A stretch of 64,000 nucleotides of DNA. It comes from Pseudomonadales bacterium (GTDB lineage: Bacteria; Pseudomonadota; Gammaproteobacteria; Pseudomonadales; CAWVSB01). The position numbers and the translations under genes were made by a program. The stretch lies in NCBI GenBank assembly GCA_046710535.1, contig JBKEHH010000013.1, positions 3,707-67,706 of the forward strand, read 5' to 3'. The stretch's first letter is position 1. Every line of letters begins with the position of its first letter. The notes below the pieces were generated by a model, which searched no databases, was not told where the DNA came from, and saw only the letters and a program-made list of their open reading frames with translations. This document shows positions 27,610-36,588 of this stretch, in pieces.

Positions 27610-29367
27610 CTAATCTTGATAGGCATTAATATGTTTCGCTGCTTGATAAGCCATTGTCATCGCAGGCCCTAACGTCGAACCGGGCCCTGGGTACGTGGGC
27701 AAGATAGCGGCGGAACAATTGCCAACAGCGTATAAGCCTTTAATCACCCCACCGTGTTCTTTTTTCACCTCTGCATTTACGGTGGTATTTAAACCGCCAT
27801 AGGTACCAAAATCTCCAGCATCAACTTTCATCGCATAAAAAGGCGCTTCATCTATTGGCGCCAAACACGGGTTAGGTGTAATGGAAGGGTCGCCATAGTA
27901 ACGGTCATAAGCTGCCTCACCACGCTGAAAGTCTAAATCTTTGCCCGTTATAGCGTAGTCATTCATTTTATTAACTGTGTCAGCCAAGTTGGCTGCGTTT
28001 ATTCCTAATTGTTGCGCTAAACCTTCGATAGTATCTGCTTTGGCAACAAACTTAGTGTCATACCACTCTTTTGGAATCGTCCAATCAGGTTTAATGTCTT
28101 TAGTCATTAAGGGGCCAGCAATATAGCTACGACGAAAACGTGCATCAAAAATATGATAGGACGGCGCACAAGAATTTTCTTCAGAATGAGCTTTGAACAA
28201 CTCTTCTTGAAAAGCCATATAGTTTTGTGACTCGTTGGCATAGCGCTGGCCATTCATATTTACCATACAAGAGCCAGGCAATGATTTTTCCATCACCGAT
28301 AAACGCGGTGAAACTTCGCCAGGGGTAACCAGAGTAGTGCACCACCAAGCACCATTCATTAACCGAGTATCTGCACCCAGTTTTAAACCAGCGACTAAGC
28401 CGTCACCGGTATTACTGCGAACACCCGCGCTCCACTCAGTATTAGTTGGTTTGGGTAAATACTTATCACGTAATTCTTGGTTATGCTCAAAGCCGCCAGA
28501 CCCTAGCACTACCGCTTTTCGTGCTTGTACGCGCAACAATTGTCCATCCTTCTCAACTATTGCACCAATAACATCCCCACTATTATTAGTAATTAACTCT
28601 TTCATTGGCGAGTTAAGCCACAATGGTAGATCGCGGTCTTTCATCGACAGACGCAGGCGCGCTACGCCTGCGCTACCAGTACATAACCGTTTGCCAATAC
28701 GCGTGCGCATCATCCACGGAATATCAAACAACCAATTGAACACTAGCTTTAGCGTTAAACCAAACCAACCTTTAGTGCGGGCGGTTAATTCAGCCGCCTC
28801 GAGTTGAGTAAAATGAATACAGCCAAACATCCTCATCATATGGTGGCTAAGCGATAAGGTTTCAAAGTCATCACCTAACTCGGACGCCATAATCGGCTCG
28901 GGTTCCATTGATCGATGCCCGGTCATACTGCCTGGCAAGTCAGTATAATAATCTGGATAGTGCTCCAGGGTTTGATAACGCATTTGAGTACGTTCATGCA
29001 TAAAGTCGACCATTTTAAAGCCGTTTTCTAAATAGGTATCAACCAGCTCTTGTGGTACATCTCTGCCTGCCAAGGTGTGTTGCAAATACTCTTTGGCTTT
29101 AGCGAGGGAATCATCAGCTCCAGCGGCTTTTGCATATCGATTACACGGTATCCAGACCCCGCCGCCTGATGTACCGCTAGTGCCTCCATATTTATCGGCT
29201 TTCTCAACCACGAGCACGTCTTTACTACCCATTTCATAGTTACATAGCGCTGCCGTCATCGCGCCATTGCCTGAACCAACAACCAACACATCAACCGAAT
29301 AATCCCACGGCGAGTCATTGTTGATTACAGTATTTTCTTGTTCAGACATGGGTTTCTCCGACATCAA
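27610..29367 (-). CDS. FAD-dependent oxidoreductase of the 3-ketosteroid-delta1-dehydrogenase / fumarate-reductase flavoprotein family
   Basis: DVLVVGSGNGAMTAA dinucleotide fold, GGTSGTSGGGVWIP, and a C-terminal GLYAVGNCS block. Confidence 0.8.
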   Translation of the reverse strand: MMSEKPMSEQENTVINNDSPWDYSVDVLVVGSGNGAMTAALCNYEMGSKDVLVVEKADKYGGTSGTSGGGVWIPCNRYAKAAGADDSLAKAKEYLQHTLAGRDVPQELVDTYLENGFKMVDFMHERTQMRYQTLEHYPDYYTDLPGSMTGHRSMEPEPIMASELGDDFETLSLSHHMMRMFGCIHFTQLEAAELTARTKGWFGLTLKLVFNWLFDIPWMMRTRIGKRLCTGSAGVARLRLSMKDRDLPLWLNSPMKELITNNSGDVIGAIVEKDGQLLRVQARKAVVLGSGGFEHNQELRDKYLPKPTNTEWSAGVRSNTGDGLVAGLKLGADTRLMNGAWWCTTLVTPGEVSPRLSVMEKSLPGSCMVNMNGQRYANESQNYMAFQEELFKAHSEENSCAPSYHIFDARFRRSYIAGPLMTKDIKPDWTIPKEWYDTKFVAKADTIEGLAQQLGINAANLADTVNKMNDYAITGKDLDFQRGEAAYDRYYGDPSITPNPCLAPIDEAPFYAMKVDAGDFGTYGGLNTTVNAEVKKEHGGVIKGLYAVGNCSAAILPTYPGPGSTLGPAMTMAYQAAKHINAYQD

Positions 29368-29453
29368 TTGAAACGTCTATAAATGAATATTTTAAAAGCA
29401 AATATTAACCCGCGAGCGCGGTGATAAGACTTACTATTTGTTCACCAAGAAAC

Positions 29454-30125
29454 TTAGTCAATTGAGTTCTCATAGCGAGAGCCAGCCTCCTCCATCCATA
29501 AGCGATTGCGAGGCCCTTCGGCTCTAGGGTCACAGGCGTCATAACCCGCATCGCCTTGATATAACATACACACCACTTCATCAACGTAAGTAATTCTAGG
29601 AATAAACGGCCTTACATTTCTCTCGGCGTAAACCGCAAATAGCTCAGCGCAATCATTAGCACCAGCAAGCTCAGTTAAGGTAACCACTGTCGGTGGCATC
29701 ATAGTTAAATCGCCCTGCTGATGCTGTTCGATAGCGTTACTGGCTAAACACCATTGATGATCGTGTATCTCGCTACCATCAACCTGCACCTTCAAGTCGT
29801 CACCTACCCGCGCTATAAAGAACCAAGTAGCAAACCGTTTAGACATGTTTTCAGGCGTGGTCCAATGGGCAAATGGCAGTAACGCTTCAACCGCGACCGC
29901 CAAACCTGCTTCTTCATAACATTCTCTTACCGCGGCATGCTTAGCAGCATCTTGCTCGTCAAACTGCTGATGCTCATCAGGCTCAACTTTACCTCCCGGA
30001 AACACCCAAGCACCGCCAGCAAATTTAAGCTGTTTATTACGTCTAAGCAGCAGCGTCTCAATACCATTATCGGTATCACGTACTAAGACTACCGTGGCAG
30101 CTGGTTTTATCGGCACATTGCTCAT
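29454..30125 (-). CDS. NUDIX hydrolase
   Basis: Nudix box GGKVEPDEHQQFDEQDAAKHAAVRECYEEAGL. The start overlaps the stop of the upstream HxlR gene (TAATG). Confidence 0.85.
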   Translation of the reverse strand: MSNVPIKPAATVVLVRDTDNGIETLLLRRNKQLKFAGGAWVFPGGKVEPDEHQQFDEQDAAKHAAVRECYEEAGLAVAVEALLPFAHWTTPENMSKRFATWFFIARVGDDLKVQVDGSEIHDHQWCLASNAIEQHQQGDLTMMPPTVVTLTELAGANDCAELFAVYAERNVRPFIPRITYVDEVVCMLYQGDAGYDACDPRAEGPRNRLWMEEAGSRYENSID

Positions 30126-30619
30126 TACTTAACTGCCAACATTTGCTGATCTACGTAAGCTTTCGCGGCCTCGCTATTGGGTTGCGGCAGTACCTCGTCA
30201 TGTGTCAACAGCCTACCATCAGCCGCGTGTATTTGCAGCGCTGCCAAGGGCAGCTTATCTCTACTATCGACAAACTTAACGTGATCATGATCAGGGTGAG
30301 CCAGCCACTTATCACTCCACTGTTTTATCCCTATCATCACCGGCAGCAAGTCTAAGCCTTGCTCAGTAATTTGATATTTCATCCGTTTACCGCCTGCTAC
30401 CTGCGGCACCTTTTCGACCAAGCCTTCTTCATGCAGACGCTTTAGCCGTTCAGTTAGAATATTCCTAGAGATACCAAGGCTATCTCTTAGGTCTTCAAAC
30501 CCGCGCTGACCACCAAAAATCATGAAATCTCGAAGTATCAACATAGTCCACCATTCACCGATGACATCTAATGCTTTGGCAATGGGACATGACATACCTG
30601 AAAAACTGCACTTAACCAT
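30125..30619 (-). CDS. HxlR-family winged-helix transcriptional regulator
   Basis: CPIAKALDVIGEWWTMLILRDF...FEDLRDSLGISRNILTERLKRLHEEGLV. Confidence 0.88.
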   Translation of the reverse strand: MVKCSFSGMSCPIAKALDVIGEWWTMLILRDFMIFGGQRGFEDLRDSLGISRNILTERLKRLHEEGLVEKVPQVAGGKRMKYQITEQGLDLLPVMIGIKQWSDKWLAHPDHDHVKFVDSRDKLPLAALQIHAADGRLLTHDEVLPQPNSEAAKAYVDQQMLAVK

Positions 30620-30686
30620 GGGTATTACTTCCTAAATCATTATTAGAGTATAATAGTTGTATAACAAAACTTTTAATAGTAACATT

Positions 30687-30703
30687 AGTCTTTTTAAAAG
30701 ACT
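30687..30703. promoter_or_regulatory. Palindrome in the hxlR-like divergent promoter region (candidate operator)
   Basis: AGTCTTTT-T-AAAAGACT with 8-bp perfect arms. The half-site-like ACTTTTAAT is repeated at about 30669 and 30701. Confidence 0.3.
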
Positions 30704-30741
30704 TTTAATTCCAAAAGTCGCAATTAACAAGGATTGTCATC

Positions 30742-31050
30742 ATGCTTAACATCAACCCTGCACTAATCATTCTTGCTGCCTCATTTGGTCTAGCTGCTAC
30801 TGTGAATAGTTACGCTGGCTCTTCTGCTGCGTTTGACGCCTGCAAACAGGAAATTAGTAAAAAATATAGCGATGCAACCAGCATACGCTTTAAAAATAAT
30901 CCTGCTACCTCGAACCGTGGCGGCAAATACACGTTTTTAATCAATGCATCCGCCAAAACTGACGATGTGCGTAACGTATTAAAAGTAAAGTGTGTCTCGT
31001 CAAAACAAAACGAAATTATTAGTCTAACCATCGAAGACGGGCGCTGGTAA
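30742..31050 (+). CDS. Small secreted hypothetical protein
   Basis: Signal peptide (ILAASFGLAATVNSYA), two Cys, no recognised domain. Confidence 0.5.
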   Translation: MLNINPALIILAASFGLAATVNSYAGSSAAFDACKQEISKKYSDATSIRFKNNPATSNRGGKYTFLINASAKTDDVRNVLKVKCVSSKQNEIISLTIEDGRW

Positions 31051-31075
31051 TAAAGGTCATACGGGGTAAAATATG

Positions 31076-31101
31076 AAGGCAGCTATAGCTGCCTTTGTTA
31101 T
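31076..31101. terminator. Hairpin terminator between convergent genes
   Basis: AAGGCAGC-TATA-GCTGCCTT followed by TGTTATT. Confidence 0.7.
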
Positions 31102-31107
31102 TGCAGA

Positions 31108-31578
31108 CTACTCAGCATAATACCGACTAATAGTCTCGACCACACAAGCAGGCTTATCACTACCTTCAATTTCTACAATCACTTTTACCACTGACTGCAC
31201 TCCGCCTTTTACTTCTTCAACGTAGATTAATTCGCCACTGCCACGAACCCTAGATCCTACCGGAACTGCTGCAGGAAAGCGCACTTTCTCACAGCCATAA
31301 TTCACCCCCATTGAAATACCTTGAACATCGATAATTTGCGGTAAAAACTGGTTTACTAAAGACAGCGTTAAATAACCATGGGCAATACATTTGCCATACG
31401 GCCCATCTTTGGCCTTATTTTCGTCAACATGGATCCACTGATGGTCGCCAGTGGCATTAGCAAAAAGATTGATCATCGCTTGATCTATTTCAATCCATTC
31501 ACTTTCACCTAAATGTTGGCCTATAGCGTTAAGTAGTTCACTGGGAGTAGAAAAAATTCGTGGTGCAATTGGACTCAT
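31108..31578 (-). CDS. MaoC-like (R)-specific enoyl-CoA hydratase / hotdog-fold dehydratase
   Basis: FANATGDHQWIHVD...IAHGYLTLSL, the hydratase 2 motif context. Confidence 0.88.
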   Translation of the reverse strand: MSPIAPRIFSTPSELLNAIGQHLGESEWIEIDQAMINLFANATGDHQWIHVDENKAKDGPYGKCIAHGYLTLSLVNQFLPQIIDVQGISMGVNYGCEKVRFPAAVPVGSRVRGSGELIYVEEVKGGVQSVVKVIVEIEGSDKPACVVETISRYYAE

Positions 31579-31717
31579 ACTTTGCCTAATTATTAATAAT
31601 TAACTATCATAAAAAATAACCTAATTAGTACCAAACTTCTATTAATTGTAGGACATCTTGCAGGTTTGGCAGCAACGCTATTTGGGAGTAGCATAGCGCC
31701 TAATAAACGAGGGGATT

Positions 31718-32017
31718 ATGAATAGACTTTTAATCATAGCAATGATGCTAGCACTAAGCCAAGCGATACAAGCCGACGATGACTATTATTATCAATGTGA
31801 CAAGGATGAGCGACTTAAGTACATTGCTGTAACCTACGACAGTAAGACTCGCAATGCGCCATGCAGCGTTATGTATTCAAAAAAAGACGAGCCTGTCGAA
31901 CTATGGCATGCAGAGATACAAGTAGGTTACTGTGAATCTAAAGCCTCTATATTTGCAGAAAATCAAAAAGATAAAGGCTGGAACTGTACTAAAAACATGG
32001 GCAAGGCGCCTAGATAA
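31718..32017 (+). CDS. Small secreted Cys-containing hypothetical protein
   Basis: Signal peptide (LALSQAIQA), four Cys, no recognised domain. Confidence 0.5.
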   Translation: MNRLLIIAMMLALSQAIQADDDYYYQCDKDERLKYIAVTYDSKTRNAPCSVMYSKKDEPVELWHAEIQVGYCESKASIFAENQKDKGWNCTKNMGKAPR

Positions 32018-32324
32018 AACTAAATAAATAGACCGTGCTTGCTTCGCCAACTTTTAATAATCTTTAATCACAAGCAAACTTAGCGGCAACATGCCTGCAA
32101 CAAGCGTGATGATGTGAAAAATATTTACTCACACAATGCAACTGAAATCGTTCTAGCTATCGCCACAAAATATCATTCGGATAACATCAGAAAAATCAGC
32201 ATTGCTCGAACATGGCGTATAGTTTGGCATTACAATTCCCTTAACTTATAAAGCTAATCAGTATGGTGCGGCTAGAAAGAGCTATACTGTTAAGCTACTA
32301 TTTGAAATTAAATGGATCACCTAT

Positions 32325-33479
32325 TTGGCTACCGCAGAAATTACCAGCATAGTTATCGATAATTTAATTGATTCGATTTATGAAGGCGCTATGCAGACAA
32401 AACCATGGCAAGCTTTTATGCCTTTGTTTCGCCAGTTACTTGACGCTGACGGTGTATCCCTAATATTAAGACCACCTGCAAAAGATAACCGAGGGCTTAT
32501 CCTCAATAGCAGACGCAACCAAGAAAAGTCTAAATTGGCTGCTGATGAGTGGCCAGTGACTTCTTATAAAGAGCATTTTTTTGCACTAGACCCTTTCATA
32601 AATTTGCCAATAAGCAAAGTAGTGTCAATAGATGAGTTAGTACCAGCGGCACAATTGTTAGAAAGTGAGTATTACACTAACTATTTAGAGCCTGCTGGTA
32701 TTCGCTACATATTAGGCGGCGACGTCAAAGAACCAACCGGTTTATTAGCTAGTATTCGAGTCATGCGCGGACCTGAAGAAAATGCCTTTAGCGACCGCGA
32801 AGTTGCCTTATTTAGCCGCGTTCTGCCGCATATCAACCGAGCGATTCAAATACATGCTCGTTTGGGCCGAACCGAATCAGAACGAGATTTATATGCAGGC
32901 GCCGTCAACCAACTTGCGGTCAGTACTATTATATTAGATGAGAAAGGCTTGGTACTAAATACCAACAAAGCTGGCGAGGAATTGTTAAAGGAGAAAGATG
33001 GCATAAGCCTGTTTGAACAACACATACAGCTAGCTACGCGTGAAAAAACCAACACATTTAAAGAGCTAGTGCAAAAAGTACTGACAGCAAATGAGCACTC
33101 GGCGCAACTAGTGGAAGCTATACGGATTCAACGCCCGTCAGGGAAAGCCGATCTTGCGGCTATTTTACGACCGGTACCATTATCACAGTGGGCAGAAGGT
33201 CAACAACATCCGTCCTTAGCGGTGTTTATATCTAATCCAGAGCAACAAAATATCGCTTCTAGAGAAATATTAGCCAGCTTATTTGGATTTAGTAAGGCCG
33301 AATCTGCCTTAGCGGTAGAGCTTGCCAAAGGACTCACTTTGGCCGATGCCTCCGAACAACTGAATATTTCCCAGCATACGGCAAGAGCTCAACTAAAAGC
33401 GATATTTGCTAAGGCCGATGTTTCTCGCCAAGCCGAATTAATTCGCCTAATGCTAAAGTCAGTCGCTAGTCTTGCTTAA
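32325..33479 (+). CDS. LuxR-family transcriptional regulator with a long N-terminal sensor region (TTG start)
   Basis: C-terminal LuxR-type HTH: SKAESALAVELAKGLTLADASEQLNISQHTARAQLKAIFAKADVSRQAELIRL. Confidence 0.8.
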   Translation: MATAEITSIVIDNLIDSIYEGAMQTKPWQAFMPLFRQLLDADGVSLILRPPAKDNRGLILNSRRNQEKSKLAADEWPVTSYKEHFFALDPFINLPISKVVSIDELVPAAQLLESEYYTNYLEPAGIRYILGGDVKEPTGLLASIRVMRGPEENAFSDREVALFSRVLPHINRAIQIHARLGRTESERDLYAGAVNQLAVSTIILDEKGLVLNTNKAGEELLKEKDGISLFEQHIQLATREKTNTFKELVQKVLTANEHSAQLVEAIRIQRPSGKADLAAILRPVPLSQWAEGQQHPSLAVFISNPEQQNIASREILASLFGFSKAESALAVELAKGLTLADASEQLNISQHTARAQLKAIFAKADVSRQAELIRLMLKSVASLA

Positions 33480-33550
33480 TTATTAACGCTGAATAAAAAA
33501 CTATCCCCCGCCACAGCGCCAACATTAGCATAAGGCTAATTATGTTAAAG

Positions 33551-34450
33551 CTAGCCTTGGAATTTATGCCCCCACAAGCTGGGTAGAGTGCTTACGGTCG
33601 GAGTGTAATCGTCCCAGTTCATTTGTAAACCTTCGCAACCAAACTCTAAAGCAAAGCCGCCGGGCGTTGCCATATAGAATGACAGCATGCCATCGTTGGT
33701 ATGTCTTCCCAAGGTAGAAATAATAGGAATTTCTCGCTCGTTTACTCGGTCGAGACAGTAACCCACTTCGTCAACATCAGTTACTTCTAGCATCATATGC
33801 ACGCAGCCCGACACCATTGGCGCTTCATACAATGCCAAACTATGATGGCGGGGGTTATCAACATGCATAAAGTTTAGCCCTACACCAGGATCATTAGGGT
33901 CTTCACTAAATTGAAAATGCATGTAATCGGTATCCCCGAAGCCTAATACTTCTTTATAAAATGCCTGGGTCTCTGCTAGATTTGGTGCTGGTAATACCGT
34001 ATGTCCTAAGCCCATATCACCATTAAAGCCCGTCTCAAATTCATTAATACCGGTGGGAGATATAAATTTAGCGTAATCCAGTTCAGCACCGTAATATAAC
34101 TCTAAGGTGTTGCCCGCAGGGTCTTGCAGCCTAATTAAGTCTGTTACAGCACGGACTGTTTTATCATCTGCGGTGCCTGTGTCAAAGTTCACTCCAGCGG
34201 TGGTTAAGTCGGCTTTAGCTTGCTCAAAATCAAGCCGGTCAACTAATTCCCAGCCGCAGATTGAGAGCTTGTCAGTGTCGCCTTTTACAATTGCAAAACG
34301 AAATGGCCTAGCGTCTATTTTCAAATAAACCGTATCGACAGCAGATATTGTAGGCGCGACCATCATACCGATAACTTCAGTACCAAACTCTTGCCACTTC
34401 TGGGGATCAGTAGATTCTATTATTACATATCCTAAGCTACGAACTCTCAT
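33551..34450 (-). CDS. Type I extradiol ring-cleavage dioxygenase (BphC/HsaC-like, VOC superfamily)
   Basis: The sequence begins MRVRSLGYVIIESTD. Two VOC modules are present, with GLGHTVL, HHSLAL and LEF blocks. I place the start at the ATG at 34450 rather than the track start at 34492. Confidence 0.85.
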   Translation of the reverse strand: MRVRSLGYVIIESTDPQKWQEFGTEVIGMMVAPTISAVDTVYLKIDARPFRFAIVKGDTDKLSICGWELVDRLDFEQAKADLTTAGVNFDTGTADDKTVRAVTDLIRLQDPAGNTLELYYGAELDYAKFISPTGINEFETGFNGDMGLGHTVLPAPNLAETQAFYKEVLGFGDTDYMHFQFSEDPNDPGVGLNFMHVDNPRHHSLALYEAPMVSGCVHMMLEVTDVDEVGYCLDRVNEREIPIISTLGRHTNDGMLSFYMATPGGFALEFGCEGLQMNWDDYTPTVSTLPSLWGHKFQG

Positions 34451-34619
34451 AATTCTCCTCACCTGTTTTGCCATGCAGACGAAAATCTGCAATAGTTACA
34501 TAACAGAATTGTGGCGAGATAGGCTGCTAAGGTCAACAAACTAGTATTACGGCTACGAAATATATTCCAATGACAAGCTCATTCAGCCTGTATTAAGTCA
34601 ACACTATTAAAATGAATGG

Positions 34620-34841
34620 ATGACAACTGAAAGATTTAAGCGCTCGGCAGAACGCATTGAAAATACTGACTCAACTAACAGGATTGGTAGGATCGTTCTG
34701 TCGGTGCTGATACCGCCCTTGGCGGTTTATTTGGCTAACAAAAGCACCAGAGATGTATTAATCAATGCCTGCCTCTGTATCACCTTAATAATACCAGCTA
34801 GCATTCACGCCTTATGGATCACCAGCATTCCACGCAAATAG
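34620..34841 (+). CDS. Pmp3/YqaE (UPF0057) family small membrane protein with an N-terminal extension
   Basis: RIVLSVLIPPLAVYL....IPASIHALWI resembles the Pmp3 signature. Confidence 0.6.
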   Translation: MTTERFKRSAERIENTDSTNRIGRIVLSVLIPPLAVYLANKSTRDVLINACLCITLIIPASIHALWITSIPRK

Positions 34842-34845
34842 GCGA

Positions 34846-35679
34846 CTACGACGGTATAACGCGAACCTCACGCTGAGGGAATGGGATTTTGACCCCTTGG
34901 TCAACTAGCGCTTTATAAATAGCCCCGTTAATCTGATACTTCGCTGCATAGTAACTGTTAGTCGACACTTTACAACGAACCTCTATTACTACTGATGAAT
35001 CAGCGAACTCACTAATACCGATATCTGTCCCATCTTTTTCATTAACACAGTCCAAACTGTTAATAGCGCTGCGAATAATACTAATAGCTTGTTCTGGATC
35101 CTCGCTATAGCTAATACCAATATTAGTTTCAACTAAACGGTTTTCAAAAGAGTTAACCATTACTTCACCGACCACATGTCGATTCGGAATAGTAATTAAC
35201 TCACCGTCTTCAGCGATTAACATAGTAGAAGCTAGTCGAATTTCTTTTACTTGGCCTGAAACACCGCTAACGGTAATTGTACTGCCTAAACTAAATGGCC
35301 GCGTAAGAATGATAGCGACACCAGCACTGTAATTAGACAACAGTCCTTGCACCGCCAAACCTGCACCCAAGCCAATGGCACCAATAGCAGCGATAAATGG
35401 CGTGACACTGATACCAAATTTACCCAGACTAATAATAATAAAGCCACTGAGAACAATTATTTTTATGGTCGAGCCCGCAAAACTGCTTAAGGTAGGGTCA
35501 ATATTCTTTTTCTCACACAAAGCAGTAACTGCAATGCCAACTCTACCCGCCACCCAAATACCAATTATCAAAATGATAATTGCACCGATTACCTGAAAGC
35601 CATAGTTAACCGCGAAGTCTATAATCAAATTATAAAAACGCTCAGCATTTGCTAGTTCTTCGCCGACCATTTCTTCCAT
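34846..35679 (-). CDS. Small-conductance mechanosensitive channel (MscS family), paralogue 2
   Basis: Three TM helices followed by the LSNYSAGVAIILTRPF pore-helix/beta-domain junction. Confidence 0.88.
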   Translation of the reverse strand: MEEMVGEELANAERFYNLIIDFAVNYGFQVIGAIIILIIGIWVAGRVGIAVTALCEKKNIDPTLSSFAGSTIKIIVLSGFIIISLGKFGISVTPFIAAIGAIGLGAGLAVQGLLSNYSAGVAIILTRPFSLGSTITVSGVSGQVKEIRLASTMLIAEDGELITIPNRHVVGEVMVNSFENRLVETNIGISYSEDPEQAISIIRSAINSLDCVNEKDGTDIGISEFADSSVVIEVRCKVSTNSYYAAKYQINGAIYKALVDQGVKIPFPQREVRVIPS

Positions 35680-35712
35680 CTTATAACTCCGCTGCTAACT
35701 GGTGAGCATTAC

Positions 35713-36525
35713 TTATTTATCTATATGAACATCAACTTGAGGATAAGGAATAGAAATACCTGCAGCCTCTAGTTTTAGTTTGATTTCTTCCATCTGAAAG
35801 AAATAAACCGGCCAGTAGTCAGCCGACTTAACCCAGCTACGCACTACCAAGTTGACGGAAGAATCACCTAGCTCTTTCACTGCAACAGTAATACCCAAGT
35901 CTTGCAGTATTCTGTCGTCAGCTTCAATTACGTCGGTAATTGTTTGCTTAGCGACACTCAAATCAGCATCATAAGAAACACCAATTAACAAATCAACACG
36001 TCGTTCTGTCTTAATCGAATAGTTAACGATAGCACTTGAGGCAACAGTGCTATTAGCCAAAATGACCACTTTATTGTCGCCAGTAACCAACCGAGTAGAG
36101 AATAAAGTAATCTCTTCAACTGAGCCTGCATAGCCTGCTACTTCGGCAAAATCGCCTGCCTTTATTGGTCTAAAAATAATTAACAATACGCCCGAAGCAA
36201 AGTTAGACAGCGAGCCTTGCATTGCCAACCCAACAGCTAAACCTGCAGCGCCCACTACTGCAATTAATGAAGCCGTTTGGATACCTACTTCGCCTAGTAC
36301 AGCAATAGCAACAAATGCCACCATCAAAGTGTAAGCAATATTGCCAACAAACTTACCAATAGTAGGGTCTACTTCTTTTTTATTCATTGCACTAGCAATA
36401 GCCGCTGAGATACTTTTAGCCGCCCACAAGCCAACTACTAAAATAACAACCGCGTAAACAATACTTAAACCCATAGTCATAATTAGATCTGGAGCTTGAG
36501 TAATAATATCTTCAATCATTTCCAT
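35713..36525 (-). CDS. Small-conductance mechanosensitive channel (MscS family), paralogue 1
   Basis: LSNFASGVLLIIFRPIKAGD MscS signature. Tandem with the preceding paralogue. Confidence 0.88.
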   Translation of the reverse strand: MEMIEDIITQAPDLIMTMGLSIVYAVVILVVGLWAAKSISAAIASAMNKKEVDPTIGKFVGNIAYTLMVAFVAIAVLGEVGIQTASLIAVVGAAGLAVGLAMQGSLSNFASGVLLIIFRPIKAGDFAEVAGYAGSVEEITLFSTRLVTGDNKVVILANSTVASSAIVNYSIKTERRVDLLIGVSYDADLSVAKQTITDVIEADDRILQDLGITVAVKELGDSSVNLVVRSWVKSADYWPVYFFQMEEIKLKLEAAGISIPYPQVDVHIDK

Positions 36526-36540
36526 CGTTACATCCTCATA

Positions 36541-36574
36541 AAAAACCCCGCGACTAGCAATTAGTAACGGGGTT
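36541..36574 (-). terminator. Terminator after the OmpA-like gene
   Basis: Minus strand: AACCCCG-(17 nt)-CGGGGTT followed by TTTTT. Confidence 0.6.
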
Positions 36575-36588
36575 ATAGTATTTAAAAA

